Positions 9,450 through 19,045 of a DNA stretch of 64,000 nucleotides are shown piece by piece. Origin of the DNA: Bacteroidia bacterium (GTDB lineage: Bacteria > Bacteroidota > Bacteroidia > Bacteroidales > CAJPTX01); the NCBI GenBank assembly GCA_905373475.1, contig CAJPTC010000001.1, positions 163,998 through 227,997 of the forward strand. Direction: 5' to 3'. Under the pieces are notes generated by a model, which was given only the letters and a program-made list of their open reading frames with translations, was not told the DNA's origin and did not search any database. The first letter of the stretch is position 1. The number at the start of each line of letters is the position of its first letter. The translations under genes were made by a program, and so were the position numbers.

Positions 9450-11981
9450 ATGTGCGAATTGTGGGCGCGTCTGGTGAGAATTTCAAGTGGAAGAATATTT
9501 GTTTTATCCTTGTTTTGGATCGTATTCTCGCTAACCACGGTATGGGGGCAGAACGTAGAGTCGTTTAGTTATAGTGCTCCGAAGCGCTATACAATCAAGG
9601 ATATAGAAGTAGCTGGAGTGCAGTTCCTTGAAAAGGATGTGCTCGTACAGTTGAGCGGACTCCGTGTAGGTGATACCATAGAGTTGCCGAGTAATGATAT
9701 TACCAAGGCTGTAAAAAAGCTCCGCAAAGAAAACCTCTTCTCGAGTGTAGAGATAAGTGTTGCTAAAATTGAGGGCGACAATGTTGTTTTACGTATTGAA
9801 TTGAAGGAACAGCCACGTACGTCAGACATCCGTTTTGAAGGAATTAAAAAATCGCAGCGCGAAGACATTAACGATAAGTTGAGTTTCAAGATAGGGCAAC
9901 AGGCTACGGCATCGAATATAGATGCGGCGCTCCGCGTAATACGAAAATATTTCTACGAAAAAGGGTACTGGAACGTACATGCCAGTGCGCGACAAGAACT
10001 AGATACTACTTCCATCAACACTGTAATCGTAACCTTCGCCATAAACCGTGGGAAGAAGGTCAGAGTAAAGGAGATTTCGTTCGAGGGCAACCATGCCTTT
10101 GATGACGCTAAGTTGCGTAAGAAGGGCTTCAAGGATACGAAGCGACGCCTCTGGTGGAATCCGTTCCGCGGGGCAAAATATATAGAAGAAAAATACCGTG
10201 ATGATCTGGGTAACCTTATTTCGTTCTACAACGAGCATGGTTACCGCGATGCACGCGTAGTATCCGATTCGGTGTATCCTCTCCCGGACAACCGTGTGGG
10301 CATCCGGGTAAAGATTGAAGAGGGGGCTCAGTATCACATTCGCGACATAAAGTGGGTGGGCAATACGGTTTATCGCTCCGATATGCTTTCCGAGCTACTC
10401 GGCATGAAGAAGGGCGACGTCTACGACCAAGTACTCATAGAGAAGCGTTTGCAGATTGACGAGAATTCTATCAGCACGGGCTATATGGACAATGGTTATC
10501 TCTTTTTTCACGTTACGCCCGTAGAAACGAACGTTGCCAATGATTCGGTAAGCCTCGAGATGCGCATCTTTGAAGGACCGCAAGCTACCATTACCGATGT
10601 TGAAATTCATGGCAACACACGTACAAGCGAACGTGTTATACGTCGTGAACTACGAACCTATCCTGGCGATCTTTTCAGCCGAACGAATGTAATCCGCTCG
10701 CTTCGAGAGTTGGCGAACTTGGGCTATTTCGAGCCAGAAGCACTGATGCAGAACGGCGTGCGCCCCGAGCCTAATGTGCAAGATGGTACGGTAACTCTTC
10801 ACTATACCGTAGAAGAGAAACAGAGTGACCAGTTTGAAGCTTCTGCTGGCTGGGGGGGCGGAATGTTTGTTGCTACCCTCGGACTGCGTTTTACAAACTT
10901 TAGCTTAGGTCGTTTCTTCAAGAAGGATGCTTGGCGTCCGATTCCTTCAGGCGACGGACAGAGTTTGGCTATACGTGCTACAACGAGTGGTACGCAATAT
11001 AGTGCCATGAGTGTTTCCTTTACCGAACCGTGGCTAGGAGGCAGTAAGCCCAATAATTTCTCGGTCTCTTTTTACCGTTCGGTGTACGATTATTCTGAAT
11101 GGGTGTGGCGGCGTAGCGATGACTATTTCCGAATCATCGGGGGTGCAATAGGTTTGGGTACACGTCTGAAATGGCCAGATGACTATTTCACGCTTTATAC
11201 CGAATTCTCCTATCAGAATTACAAGTTGCGCAACTGGAAGCAGGATTTTCTCTTTACGAATGGGATGGCAAACAACATGAGTGTGCGTTTCGTTTTAGGG
11301 CGCAATTCGGTCGATCAGCCCATCTATCCGCGTACAGGGTCTAACTTTTCTCTCTCGCTTCAATTAACGCCTCCATACTCCTATTTTAACGGGAAAGACT
11401 ATACCTCGCCTACCATGACGGCGCAGGAACGCTATCGCTGGGTTGAATACCACAAATGGACGGCGCGTGCGCAATGGTATACCTCGGTTGTTGGTGACCT
11501 TGTGCTTCACTTCAATGCCCAGTTCGGCTATTTGGGCTATTACAATAAGAATGTGGGTTACTCTCCCTTTGAAGGGTTTGATTTGGGAGGCGATGGTCTT
11601 TCGGGCAACAACTTCATTTACGGACGAGAGTCTGTAGCACTGCGTGGTTATTCTAATGGTTCACTTACCCCGACTGTTGGGCAAGGAGTGCGCATGGCAA
11701 ACGTGTATGATAAGTTCACCCTAGAGCTCCGTTACCCCATTGTGTTGAAGCCTCAAACCAGTGTTTATGCCTTAGTGTTTACCGATGCGGGGAATTCGTG
11801 GTACGAACTGAACCAATTTAACCCCTTCCAACTCTATCGGTCGGTAGGGGCTGGTTTCCGCGTCTTCCTCCCTATATTTGGTATGCTCGGCTTTGATATT
11901 GGCTATGGCTTTGATGCAGTGCCTGGAAATTCTAGTGCCAACAAATGGCAGCCGCACTTCCTCATAGGAATGCCGCTCTAG
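9450..11981 (+). CDS. bamA: Outer membrane protein assembly factor BamA
   Basis: Signal peptide, repeated POTRA-like units, then an Omp85 barrel ending HFLIGMPL. uppS-bamA-skp synteny. The listed start 9423 is TTG; I prefer the first ATG at 9450, so the start is uncertain. Confidence 0.93.
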   Translation: MCELWARLVRISSGRIFVLSLFWIVFSLTTVWGQNVESFSYSAPKRYTIKDIEVAGVQFLEKDVLVQLSGLRVGDTIELPSNDITKAVKKLRKENLFSSVEISVAKIEGDNVVLRIELKEQPRTSDIRFEGIKKSQREDINDKLSFKIGQQATASNIDAALRVIRKYFYEKGYWNVHASARQELDTTSINTVIVTFAINRGKKVRVKEISFEGNHAFDDAKLRKKGFKDTKRRLWWNPFRGAKYIEEKYRDDLGNLISFYNEHGYRDARVVSDSVYPLPDNRVGIRVKIEEGAQYHIRDIKWVGNTVYRSDMLSELLGMKKGDVYDQVLIEKRLQIDENSISTGYMDNGYLFFHVTPVETNVANDSVSLEMRIFEGPQATITDVEIHGNTRTSERVIRRELRTYPGDLFSRTNVIRSLRELANLGYFEPEALMQNGVRPEPNVQDGTVTLHYTVEEKQSDQFEASAGWGGGMFVATLGLRFTNFSLGRFFKKDAWRPIPSGDGQSLAIRATTSGTQYSAMSVSFTEPWLGGSKPNNFSVSFYRSVYDYSEWVWRRSDDYFRIIGGAIGLGTRLKWPDDYFTLYTEFSYQNYKLRNWKQDFLFTNGMANNMSVRFVLGRNSVDQPIYPRTGSNFSLSLQLTPPYSYFNGKDYTSPTMTAQERYRWVEYHKWTARAQWYTSVVGDLVLHFNAQFGYLGYYNKNVGYSPFEGFDLGGDGLSGNNFIYGRESVALRGYSNGSLTPTVGQGVRMANVYDKFTLELRYPIVLKPQTSVYALVFTDAGNSWYELNQFNPFQLYRSVGAGFRVFLPIFGMLGFDIGYGFDAVPGNSSANKWQPHFLIGMPL

Positions 11982-12113
11982 ACGAAACGCTTAGAACACC
12001 AGAACTGAACTGTATGTTTTGAAGTAAGAGGGTTGAGAGGTGTCTTACGGTACGCGCCGTCAACCATCTTTTGAAGAATAAAGACAACCAAGTTAAAAGG
12101 AAAGGAAAGAAAG

Positions 12114-12629
12114 ATGTCGCACAAACTATTTGTGTTGTTAGGATGCATGTTGTTGCTCCCCTTCTTTGGCATGGCACAGAAATATGCTTTTGTGGATACC
12201 GAATATATTTTGAACAAGATCCCGAGCTATCGTTCGGCAAAAGAGGAGATTGATAAACTTTCTACCCGCTATCAGCAAGAAATTGAACAAGGCATGGCGG
12301 ACATCCAGAAACGTGTGAAGGATTTTCAGGCAGAGCAAGTATTGCTAACCCCTGAAAAGCGTCAGAAACGTCAGCAAGAGCTAGTAGATGCCGAAACACA
12401 AATAAAGGAGTTACAACAAAAGTATTTCGGGCGCGAGGGGCTTCTTTTCAAAAAGCAGGAAGAACTCATAAAGCCTATCCAAGATCAGGTATTCGCAGCT
12501 GTTAAAGAGCTCGCCAATGAAGGCGGATATGCCGCTATATTCGATGTCGCAGCATCGGCAAGCATACTCTACAGTAGCCCTCGTTATGATAAGAGCGATG
12601 AGGTGCTTCGCAAATTGGGCTTTAATTAG
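12114..12629 (+). CDS. OmpH/Skp-family periplasmic chaperone
   Basis: 171 aa with a signal peptide and a long charged coiled-coil core (QQEIEQGMADIQKRVKDFQAEQ). Located after bamA. Confidence 0.85.
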   Translation: MSHKLFVLLGCMLLLPFFGMAQKYAFVDTEYILNKIPSYRSAKEEIDKLSTRYQQEIEQGMADIQKRVKDFQAEQVLLTPEKRQKRQQELVDAETQIKELQQKYFGREGLLFKKQEELIKPIQDQVFAAVKELANEGGYAAIFDVAASASILYSSPRYDKSDEVLRKLGFN

Positions 12630-12676
12630 TAAGTTTGCAGACAAAGTAAAAGTTTTGCAGTAATTGATACGTAGGA

Positions 12677-13237
12677 ATGAAACGAGTAGTTTTTCTAGTC
12701 GCGTTGCTTTTGGCAGGCATGGCTACACAGTTGATGGCACAAGAAGCACTGATGGGCGCTATGGCAGTCAAGCAGATGTCTGAAAAAAAGCAACCGAAGT
12801 TTGCACATATTGATAGCCAAGCTCTGATAACCTCGATGCCAAAGCATGATACGATTATGAAGCAGCTAAAGGCGTTTGAACAGGATCTTTATGACCAGCT
12901 CGAGCAGCTACAGGTAGAATACAACAAGAAGTTGCAGGATTATACCCAAAAACGCGAGTCGCTTACGCCTTCGGTACGTGAGGCTAAGGAGAAGGAATTG
13001 GCAGAACTTGGGCAACGTGCCAACGAATTTCAACAAGCTGCGCAGCGCGATTTCCAGACACAACAAGGCAAGCTATTGCAGCCACTCATTGACGAGGTGA
13101 ATGCTGCCATTCAGAAGGTTGGTAAAGCGAACGGATATACCTACGTGTTTGATAAGGGTGCGGGTTTCTTGCTCTATGTATCGCCCGACAGCGAAGACAT
13201 TCTTGAAAAGGTACAAAAGGAATTGAAAGTTAAGTAG
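12677..13237 (+). CDS. OmpH/Skp-family periplasmic chaperone (second copy)
   Basis: 186 aa with the same signal-peptide plus coiled-coil architecture. Tandem skp genes after bamA are typical of Bacteroidales. Confidence 0.85.
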   Translation: MKRVVFLVALLLAGMATQLMAQEALMGAMAVKQMSEKKQPKFAHIDSQALITSMPKHDTIMKQLKAFEQDLYDQLEQLQVEYNKKLQDYTQKRESLTPSVREAKEKELAELGQRANEFQQAAQRDFQTQQGKLLQPLIDEVNAAIQKVGKANGYTYVFDKGAGFLLYVSPDSEDILEKVQKELKVK

Positions 13238-13255
13238 GTTTCTTATGGCGGAACC

Positions 13256-14095
13256 ATGGAAGTTGTAACCGATACAAATCCGATTGGTGTAATAGATTCG
13301 GGCGTAGGCGGTTTAACGGTATTAGTAAGGCTGGTTGAGGCAATGCCCGATCAGCCTTTTTTATACTTCGCCGATCAGGCATGGTGTCCGTACGGTCCGC
13401 GTCCTGCTAAGGAGCTGCGTAGCAGATTATTTGGCATTGTAGACTACCTTCTGCGGCGGGGTTGTAAGCTAATAGTTGTTGCCTGCAACACTGCCACGGC
13501 TGCGGCGATAGCGCAATTGCGTACTCACTACAATATCCCTTTCATAGGAATGGAGCCTGCAATAAAACCTGCGGCACTCACCTCGCAGACGCATCATGTG
13601 GGGGTGTTGGCCACGTTGGGTACATTTTCGGGGGCTTTGTTTCAAAGAACTGCCGCAGCGTGTGCACGTCATGCTCAATTGCATTTGGTGGTGGGAGAGG
13701 GGTTGGTAGAAATTGTAGAGAGTGGACGTTCCGACTCCGAAGAGGCAGAGCAGCTTTTACGGAAGCTTCTTGCACCGCTTCTTGCCCAAAAGATAGATCG
13801 TCTGGTATTGGGGTGCACGCATTACCCTTTATTGCGTTCTGCGCTGGAACGCGTTCTGCCCCTTTCGGTTCAAATATTAGATCCTGCTCCCGCTATTGCC
13901 CGCCAATCTGTACGCGTGATGCATGGAATCTGTAGTTTAGCCCCCGTTCCCACAACAAAGCCTGTAGCCTTGGAGCTTCTTTCTAGTAAACCCAACGCGC
14001 ATCTTTTAGAATTCGCACAAAGGGTATTTGATTTCTACAATCTACGTTTTCCAACCTCTCACGCAGAAAACTATGTAGAGTCTATTGAAAATTAA
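13256..14095 (+). CDS. murI: Glutamate racemase
   Basis: GVIDSGVGGLTV, VVACNTATAAA and LGCTHYPLL motifs, including the two catalytic Cys regions. Confidence 0.93.
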   Translation: MEVVTDTNPIGVIDSGVGGLTVLVRLVEAMPDQPFLYFADQAWCPYGPRPAKELRSRLFGIVDYLLRRGCKLIVVACNTATAAAIAQLRTHYNIPFIGMEPAIKPAALTSQTHHVGVLATLGTFSGALFQRTAAACARHAQLHLVVGEGLVEIVESGRSDSEEAEQLLRKLLAPLLAQKIDRLVLGCTHYPLLRSALERVLPLSVQILDPAPAIARQSVRVMHGICSLAPVPTTKPVALELLSSKPNAHLLEFAQRVFDFYNLRFPTSHAENYVESIEN

Positions 14096-14107
14096 GCCTT
14101 CTCGAGC

Positions 14108-14583
14108 GCGCATTAGGAAATACACATAAAACATTAGATACCTATTCGTGGGGCGAAACCTGATTCGCCCGTAAAATGCGCATTGCGCATTTTGTTTTAA
14201 TCATGTCGTCGTAAGGGCGTTGCCTGCAACGCCCGAAAAATGAAAAACAAACACAAACAGGTATTCTTGGGCGGACGTAGCAGGCAACGTCCCTACAGGA
14301 AATTATTGATTATCAAATTTGTAGGGAGAGGCATGCCTCTCCCTATTCGGTATCATTCTGTTATGTATATAAATTATTGGATACCAATTTGTAGGGCGAA
14401 TCATATCGTTATAGGTGCGCTGCCCGCAATTTGTCTGATTATCAATACATTAACCCAAACATGCAATATGTTGGGTAATGTTTTCGGCACGTTGTGCCGA
14501 AATGGGCGAATCAGGTTTCGCCCCTACACGTCGGATGACCAATAGATTTTGGTCTATATGTGGAAAATGCAGATTGCGCATTT
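14108..14583. repeat. Cluster A of modular GTAG-flanked hairpin repeats (REP/BIME-like)
   Basis: A string of short palindromes, many abutted by GTAGGG or CCCTAC. Examples: GGCGAAACCTGATTCGCC; the 21-bp palindrome AAAATGCGCATTGCGCATTTT at 14173-14193; GGGCGTTGCCTGCAACGCCC; GGACGTAGCAGGCAACGTCC; the 24-bp perfect palindrome TAGGGAGAGGCATGCCTCTCCCTA at 14322-14345; TTTCGGCACGTTGTGCCGAAA. The modules recur in clusters B and C. Confidence 0.85.
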
Positions 14584-14653
14584 TCCTACGTCAAAGCGTT
14601 TATTTCGTCCTTAGTCTCAGGTAAGTGCGTATTAGGGATTGGCTAGTAAGTAT

Positions 14654-17600
14654 TTAGCCCTCATTTTCAATTATCGCAATGTCCGAATCATTCAAACCAT
14701 ATAGGCGATATACAAGCGAATCGATCCTTTTTTCCTCTACATGAATATCAGCATCTGGGTCTGTTTGTTTGGCTTGAAGAATTCTCTCTACTTGCTCTAT
14801 AATCTGTTTGTCAATTTCTTTTGCACTCTTGATAGGAATTTGTAGTAGCGGATCTTTATCAATCTGGAAATTGCTTCCTTGCATCTTTCCCTTGTGTCTT
14901 AACCAATATGCAATTAGCTTAGAGTTTAACAAGCCAGTCAGAAATTTGAGATTAAAGCGTTCGGTCTTTATTACATAGAAGGTGGCAGAGACGTATGTAG
15001 GGAAATCGGCATAGGAAAAAGAAGGAGCACCGACACACTTTCTTTGGCAGATTATCTTCTCGCCCAGAAAGAACGCTTCGTTGCGTGCGCGGTGCAGGCC
15101 GTAAGGTTTGTTATCGGAAGTTATTACATCTCGGAATAGATTTAAATGTCTTTTGATATTTGGATAGGAATCCATACTATCAGGATTCTTAAAAGAAGAG
15201 GTCGTGTAGATAAGCCAGAAGCGATTTCTTGGGTATACCACATATCGTTTGATTTGTTCTGTTGTGTAATATGGCTTTATTAAAGTAAGCTCGTTATTTG
15301 TTAGACATAAATTGTCTTTTTCTTGTTCAGAGAGACCAAAGATGCCTTGCCCAATGCGTAGGGTTGGATGTTTTAGTGCAATGTTATTGTTCACAAAATC
15401 ATAATGGGGATGAATACCATTTATTGCTTCAGATTCGTACAGATGATTAGCTCCATTATTTATTCGAGATAAAAGTTCACCATCTTTATTTTCAGTTAAA
15501 GTAAAGTTCTTGCATAACGAACTCTTTTCAATTTCGCATCGTAGATATAAAACAGATCCTGATTCCCTATTCTCCAACATTGCTATTGCATCGGTGTATG
15601 ATGCTTTATTTGTTATAAGCTTTCGATAATCGAATAAATATTTATCATCTAACGAGCAGTGCTGTAAAAGTAAAATCATGGTCTGTATGCTCGCATTTTC
15701 AAAGACCATGTAGTCATTAAAGTCTATAAGCGAACGAATTGTGGCAACTTCCAGAATACGTTCACGCATTTTCTTTGCGCCTGTACTTGTTGTCCAGTTG
15801 TTCGTTGCAATAAAACAGAGGAAGCCATTTTCTCGCAGCAAATCCAAGCCTATGCATAAGAACCCGTACCAAAGATCCATCTTCCCCATATAGTAGGGCG
15901 ATGTCGTCTTGAAATTTGCAAAAGCTTGTTTGTTTTCATATTCCTTGATATACGGCGGATTCCCTAGCACAATATCAAACCCCGCGAACTCGCCATTAGC
16001 TCCCCACACCTCGGGGAATTCGAGTCGCCACTCGAAGGTGCGCATTCCTGCTCGTCTCTGCTCTACAGCTGCTGCGGCTTGCTGGGCTTCTTTATACTTC
16101 GCTTTTGCGCCGTTGAGTAGAGCTTTTAGTTCCGAAGGCTCGTATGCGCTCCATTCGTTGTTTTTTGAGGCTTCAAGTCGCTTTGAAAGCGTTGCAATCT
16201 CTTTTTCGCATTTCTCTACACGTTCTTGTGCCGTTCTTTTCTCCTCTTCCCAGAGTTTGTTTTTGAGTGTGTTATTGTACTCCTCCATGGCAAGGGCAAT
16301 TGCCCGTTTACGACTCTTATCGCTTGTTTCATAATATTCAGACGTGAGTGCTCGGATTCTTTGACTATCGGGATCTACCCACTTCCCTTGCAGTGGCAAT
16401 GAGTATACAATGGCATTGCCACACTTTATGTTAATATCTATATTGGGCAAAGTCTCTAGTGCTTGGTAATCGCTTTCGCGTGTGTAGTATGCATGCTTGA
16501 GTAACTCTATCCAGAGACGAAGGCGACAAATTTGTACTGACGTAGGATTAATATCTACGCCAAACAAACAGTGTTCTATGAGGTGACGCTTTTCGCTGAA
16601 CAATGTTTCTTGGACGCGCTGACTCTCTGGGTTCTTTGGCGTGTAGGTAAAATGAGCTCCTTTGGCAGTAATGAGCAGCTCGTCACAGACAATCTCAATC
16701 TCATAGTCCGAGCGACGTAAGCTTGTACCTGAAGCATCCTGCAAAATCCCTAAACGATGTTTTAGGTAAATCAGTTCGTTAAGAGCCGATACAAGGAAAT
16801 GCCCAGAGCCTACCGCAGGATCACAAATCGTAATCGTGTCGAAAAGCGTATTAGCCTCCTGTTTATCTATTACATCTAGTTGGTTGTAGAGCGCCTTTAC
16901 ATCGGCACACTGCCAACCGTATTGGGTATTGAACTTGTCTACAATAGCGCGCTCGATGGTCTCCCGACATATATATGTGGTAATGTAGCTTGGCGTAAAG
17001 ACTGCGCCATCCTTGTGTCCATTGATTTTCTCAAAGATAAGTCCGAGTACCGAGGCATTGACTAGTGTTTTTTCCTTGGTTGTTTCGTCTTGACTTCCGA
17101 AGTCGTAAGCGTCTAGAAAAGCAAAAAGGTAATCGAATATAGGTAATTCATCAGCTGTATTGGTGTGCTCTTTCTTTAGGACGCTTTGTGTATAAAACGG
17201 GAGTGTCTCTTGTGACTCCAGTTCACTGATTTTTACCTCATGCTCGAGTTCTGTTTCTTCAAATAGGGCGCTGTTTAGGTAGGGTACATTGCCGAATCGT
17301 TCCTTGAAGGCATTGCTGCGTTTCTCGGGTGGAATGGCAAGTACTGCAAAGAAGAGATTGTTCAGTGCAGTAAAATCGCGAAGCTTTGCTTTGTTAAGGA
17401 ACAGGAAGGCATTGTTGCTCGCGTTGTAGTTAAGTAGTTGTGTTTCTAGCAGTTTCAGGAAAAGGAGGCGGTTTAGCCACGTAATCACCAGTTCTAAGGC
17501 GATATTGAACTTTTGCTCTTCTTCCGTAGCGCCGTATTGCTCTCGCCGTGTAAAGTGCTCGAAAGCGAGTTCTACCTTCCCATAAGTTTGTTCGATTAAC

Positions 17601-18448
17601 GAGGCATAATGCGGCTCTTTGGCACGTGCGATGCGTACTTTATTGCCCGTGCTTTTTTGTTCCTCTAGGCCGAGTAGGTATAGCAGTTCATTGTAGAAGC
17701 CACGATCAAGCTGGTTGGGGTCGGATTGTATTGGTTGCTTGAGAAGATAGAATGGGCTAAAAAATTTGTAGAGCTCGGTGAGGGGCGCACTCTCCTTGTT
17801 GTTTAGTACTTCTTGTATCTCGTGGCGATATTCCCGTAAATCGATATAATCGTAAGGGAGCGTTCCCTTTACTTTTTCAATAGCAGGGCTCGCGAAATCG
17901 ACATATAGGTCTTGGCTTTTAGAAATATCTCCTCGTCCCTCTTCAATCTTTCGGAACTTTTCTTCTAAATCTCGGTAGAAAGTCTCATAAAATACAGCCG
18001 CATCAAAACAGAAGAATGTATGGAGGTTGGTTACTACAAGGTGTCGTAGCTGTTTATTATCGTTAATTGCTCTTTCGCGTAGATAGTAGATGAGGAGCTG
18101 TTGCAATGCTTTTCTGTTGAGATCGTCTGGGGTGATCATCTCAGTGGAATTGGAGGTACTTTTCACCTCAATGAGCACCTCAATTGTCTCCTGCTTGGAC
18201 GAGGGATAGATTACCAAATCATACGTTCCGCCTTTTCTCGTCGTCTTTGTACCTGGCACTACACCTCCTGCATAGAATGTCGTTTCGAGAAAGTGTTGTA
18301 AGAAGTTTTTTTGTTCCTCTTCGCTTTGGTTATTTTCTATTTGTTGCAAGAATGAGTTGAGTGCTTCTGCAAACTGAACAAGCTGCTCGCGGTTGACTGC
18401 TTGCGCCTTCTGTTCTTTACGGAGTTTGAAATTCGATAATTTAGCCAT
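14654..18448 (-). CDS. Type IIG-like restriction-modification enzyme RM1 (N-terminal PD-(D/E)xK nuclease, N6-adenine methyltransferase, TaqI-like specificity domain)
   Basis: 1264-aa single ORF. N-terminus has YDLVIY...IEVLIEVKS (D...ExK nuclease core, HSDR_N-like). SAM motif I is DPAVGSGHFLV. Also FEWRLEFPEVW and catalytic motif IV LGNPPYIKEYE (Eco57I-type). A long C-terminal target-recognition region follows. By eye it is AT-richer than the flanking genes. Confidence 0.85.
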   Translation of the reverse strand: MAKLSNFKLRKEQKAQAVNREQLVQFAEALNSFLQQIENNQSEEEQKNFLQHFLETTFYAGGVVPGTKTTRKGGTYDLVIYPSSKQETIEVLIEVKSTSNSTEMITPDDLNRKALQQLLIYYLRERAINDNKQLRHLVVTNLHTFFCFDAAVFYETFYRDLEEKFRKIEEGRGDISKSQDLYVDFASPAIEKVKGTLPYDYIDLREYRHEIQEVLNNKESAPLTELYKFFSPFYLLKQPIQSDPNQLDRGFYNELLYLLGLEEQKSTGNKVRIARAKEPHYASLIEQTYGKVELAFEHFTRREQYGATEEEQKFNIALELVITWLNRLLFLKLLETQLLNYNASNNAFLFLNKAKLRDFTALNNLFFAVLAIPPEKRSNAFKERFGNVPYLNSALFEETELEHEVKISELESQETLPFYTQSVLKKEHTNTADELPIFDYLFAFLDAYDFGSQDETTKEKTLVNASVLGLIFEKINGHKDGAVFTPSYITTYICRETIERAIVDKFNTQYGWQCADVKALYNQLDVIDKQEANTLFDTITICDPAVGSGHFLVSALNELIYLKHRLGILQDASGTSLRRSDYEIEIVCDELLITAKGAHFTYTPKNPESQRVQETLFSEKRHLIEHCLFGVDINPTSVQICRLRLWIELLKHAYYTRESDYQALETLPNIDINIKCGNAIVYSLPLQGKWVDPDSQRIRALTSEYYETSDKSRKRAIALAMEEYNNTLKNKLWEEEKRTAQERVEKCEKEIATLSKRLEASKNNEWSAYEPSELKALLNGAKAKYKEAQQAAAAVEQRRAGMRTFEWRLEFPEVWGANGEFAGFDIVLGNPPYIKEYENKQAFANFKTTSPYYMGKMDLWYGFLCIGLDLLRENGFLCFIATNNWTTSTGAKKMRERILEVATIRSLIDFNDYMVFENASIQTMILLLQHCSLDDKYLFDYRKLITNKASYTDAIAMLENRESGSVLYLRCEIEKSSLCKNFTLTENKDGELLSRINNGANHLYESEAINGIHPHYDFVNNNIALKHPTLRIGQGIFGLSEQEKDNLCLTNNELTLIKPYYTTEQIKRYVVYPRNRFWLIYTTSSFKNPDSMDSYPNIKRHLNLFRDVITSDNKPYGLHRARNEAFFLGEKIICQRKCVGAPSFSYADFPTYVSATFYVIKTERFNLKFLTGLLNSKLIAYWLRHKGKMQGSNFQIDKDPLLQIPIKSAKEIDKQIIEQVERILQAKQTDPDADIHVEEKRIDSLVYRLYGLNDSDIAIIENEG

Positions 18449-18580
18449 TACGCCTTATAGTATGTAATGCATAAAGTTAGAAAGTCGGCTACAATTTAGT
18501 CGTAGAGAGATGTGAATGATAGTTAAGAGTTAAGAGTTACGCAAAGCGGTTCTATGCGTAGGGATGTTTACGGCGCATAC

Positions 18581-18897
18581 GCGTATTAGGAAATACATAT
18601 AAAACATTTAATACCATTTTTGTAGAGGCGAAACCTGATTCGCCCGCAAAATGCGCGTTATGCATTTTGCTTGATCATGTCGTTATGGATGCGTTGCCCG
18701 CAATGTCCGTTTTATTTGATTATCAATACATTAACAAAAATACACAATGTTGGGTAATGTTTTCGGCACGTTGTGCCGAAATGGGCGAATCAGGTTTCGC
18801 CCCTACACGTCGAATGACCAATAGATTTTTGGTCTATATGTACAAAACGCATTTTCTTGATCCTGTCGTCGTAGGGGCGCTTCCCACAACGCCCGAA
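18581..18897. repeat. Cluster B of the same hairpin-module family
   Basis: 18581-18709 matches 14108-14235 and 18718-18840 matches 14437-14569 (about 85-90% identity by eye). 18841-18897 matches 28239-28297. Confidence 0.85.
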
Positions 18898-19045
18898 ATA
18901 TCCAACATGCATTTTACATATTCGCTTTGCGCTGTGAGAGGTCGTCCGCGCGAGGATCGCCCGAAACCGAAAACCGCTCGAAAAAGAGAGTTTTGCGAAA
19001 ATTCTTAAATTAGACGGGCAAAGAGGCAATATATAACAGCATATC

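Noticed and set aside
10853-10859. Homopolymer tracts in coding regions (G7 in bamA at 10853-10859, T9 in the 5148 gene at 6604-6612) as phase-variation switches.
   Set aside because: The tracts are short, lie in conserved envelope genes (bamA is essential), and both reading frames are intact. There is no evidence of slippage here.
14240-14545. ORFs lying in the repeat clusters (14240..14545, 18667..19008, 28180..28608 set, 41206..41841 set).
   Set aside because: They translate through stacked palindromic repeat modules, have no start context or family resemblance, and overlap each other in several frames. I treat them as non-coding repeat DNA.
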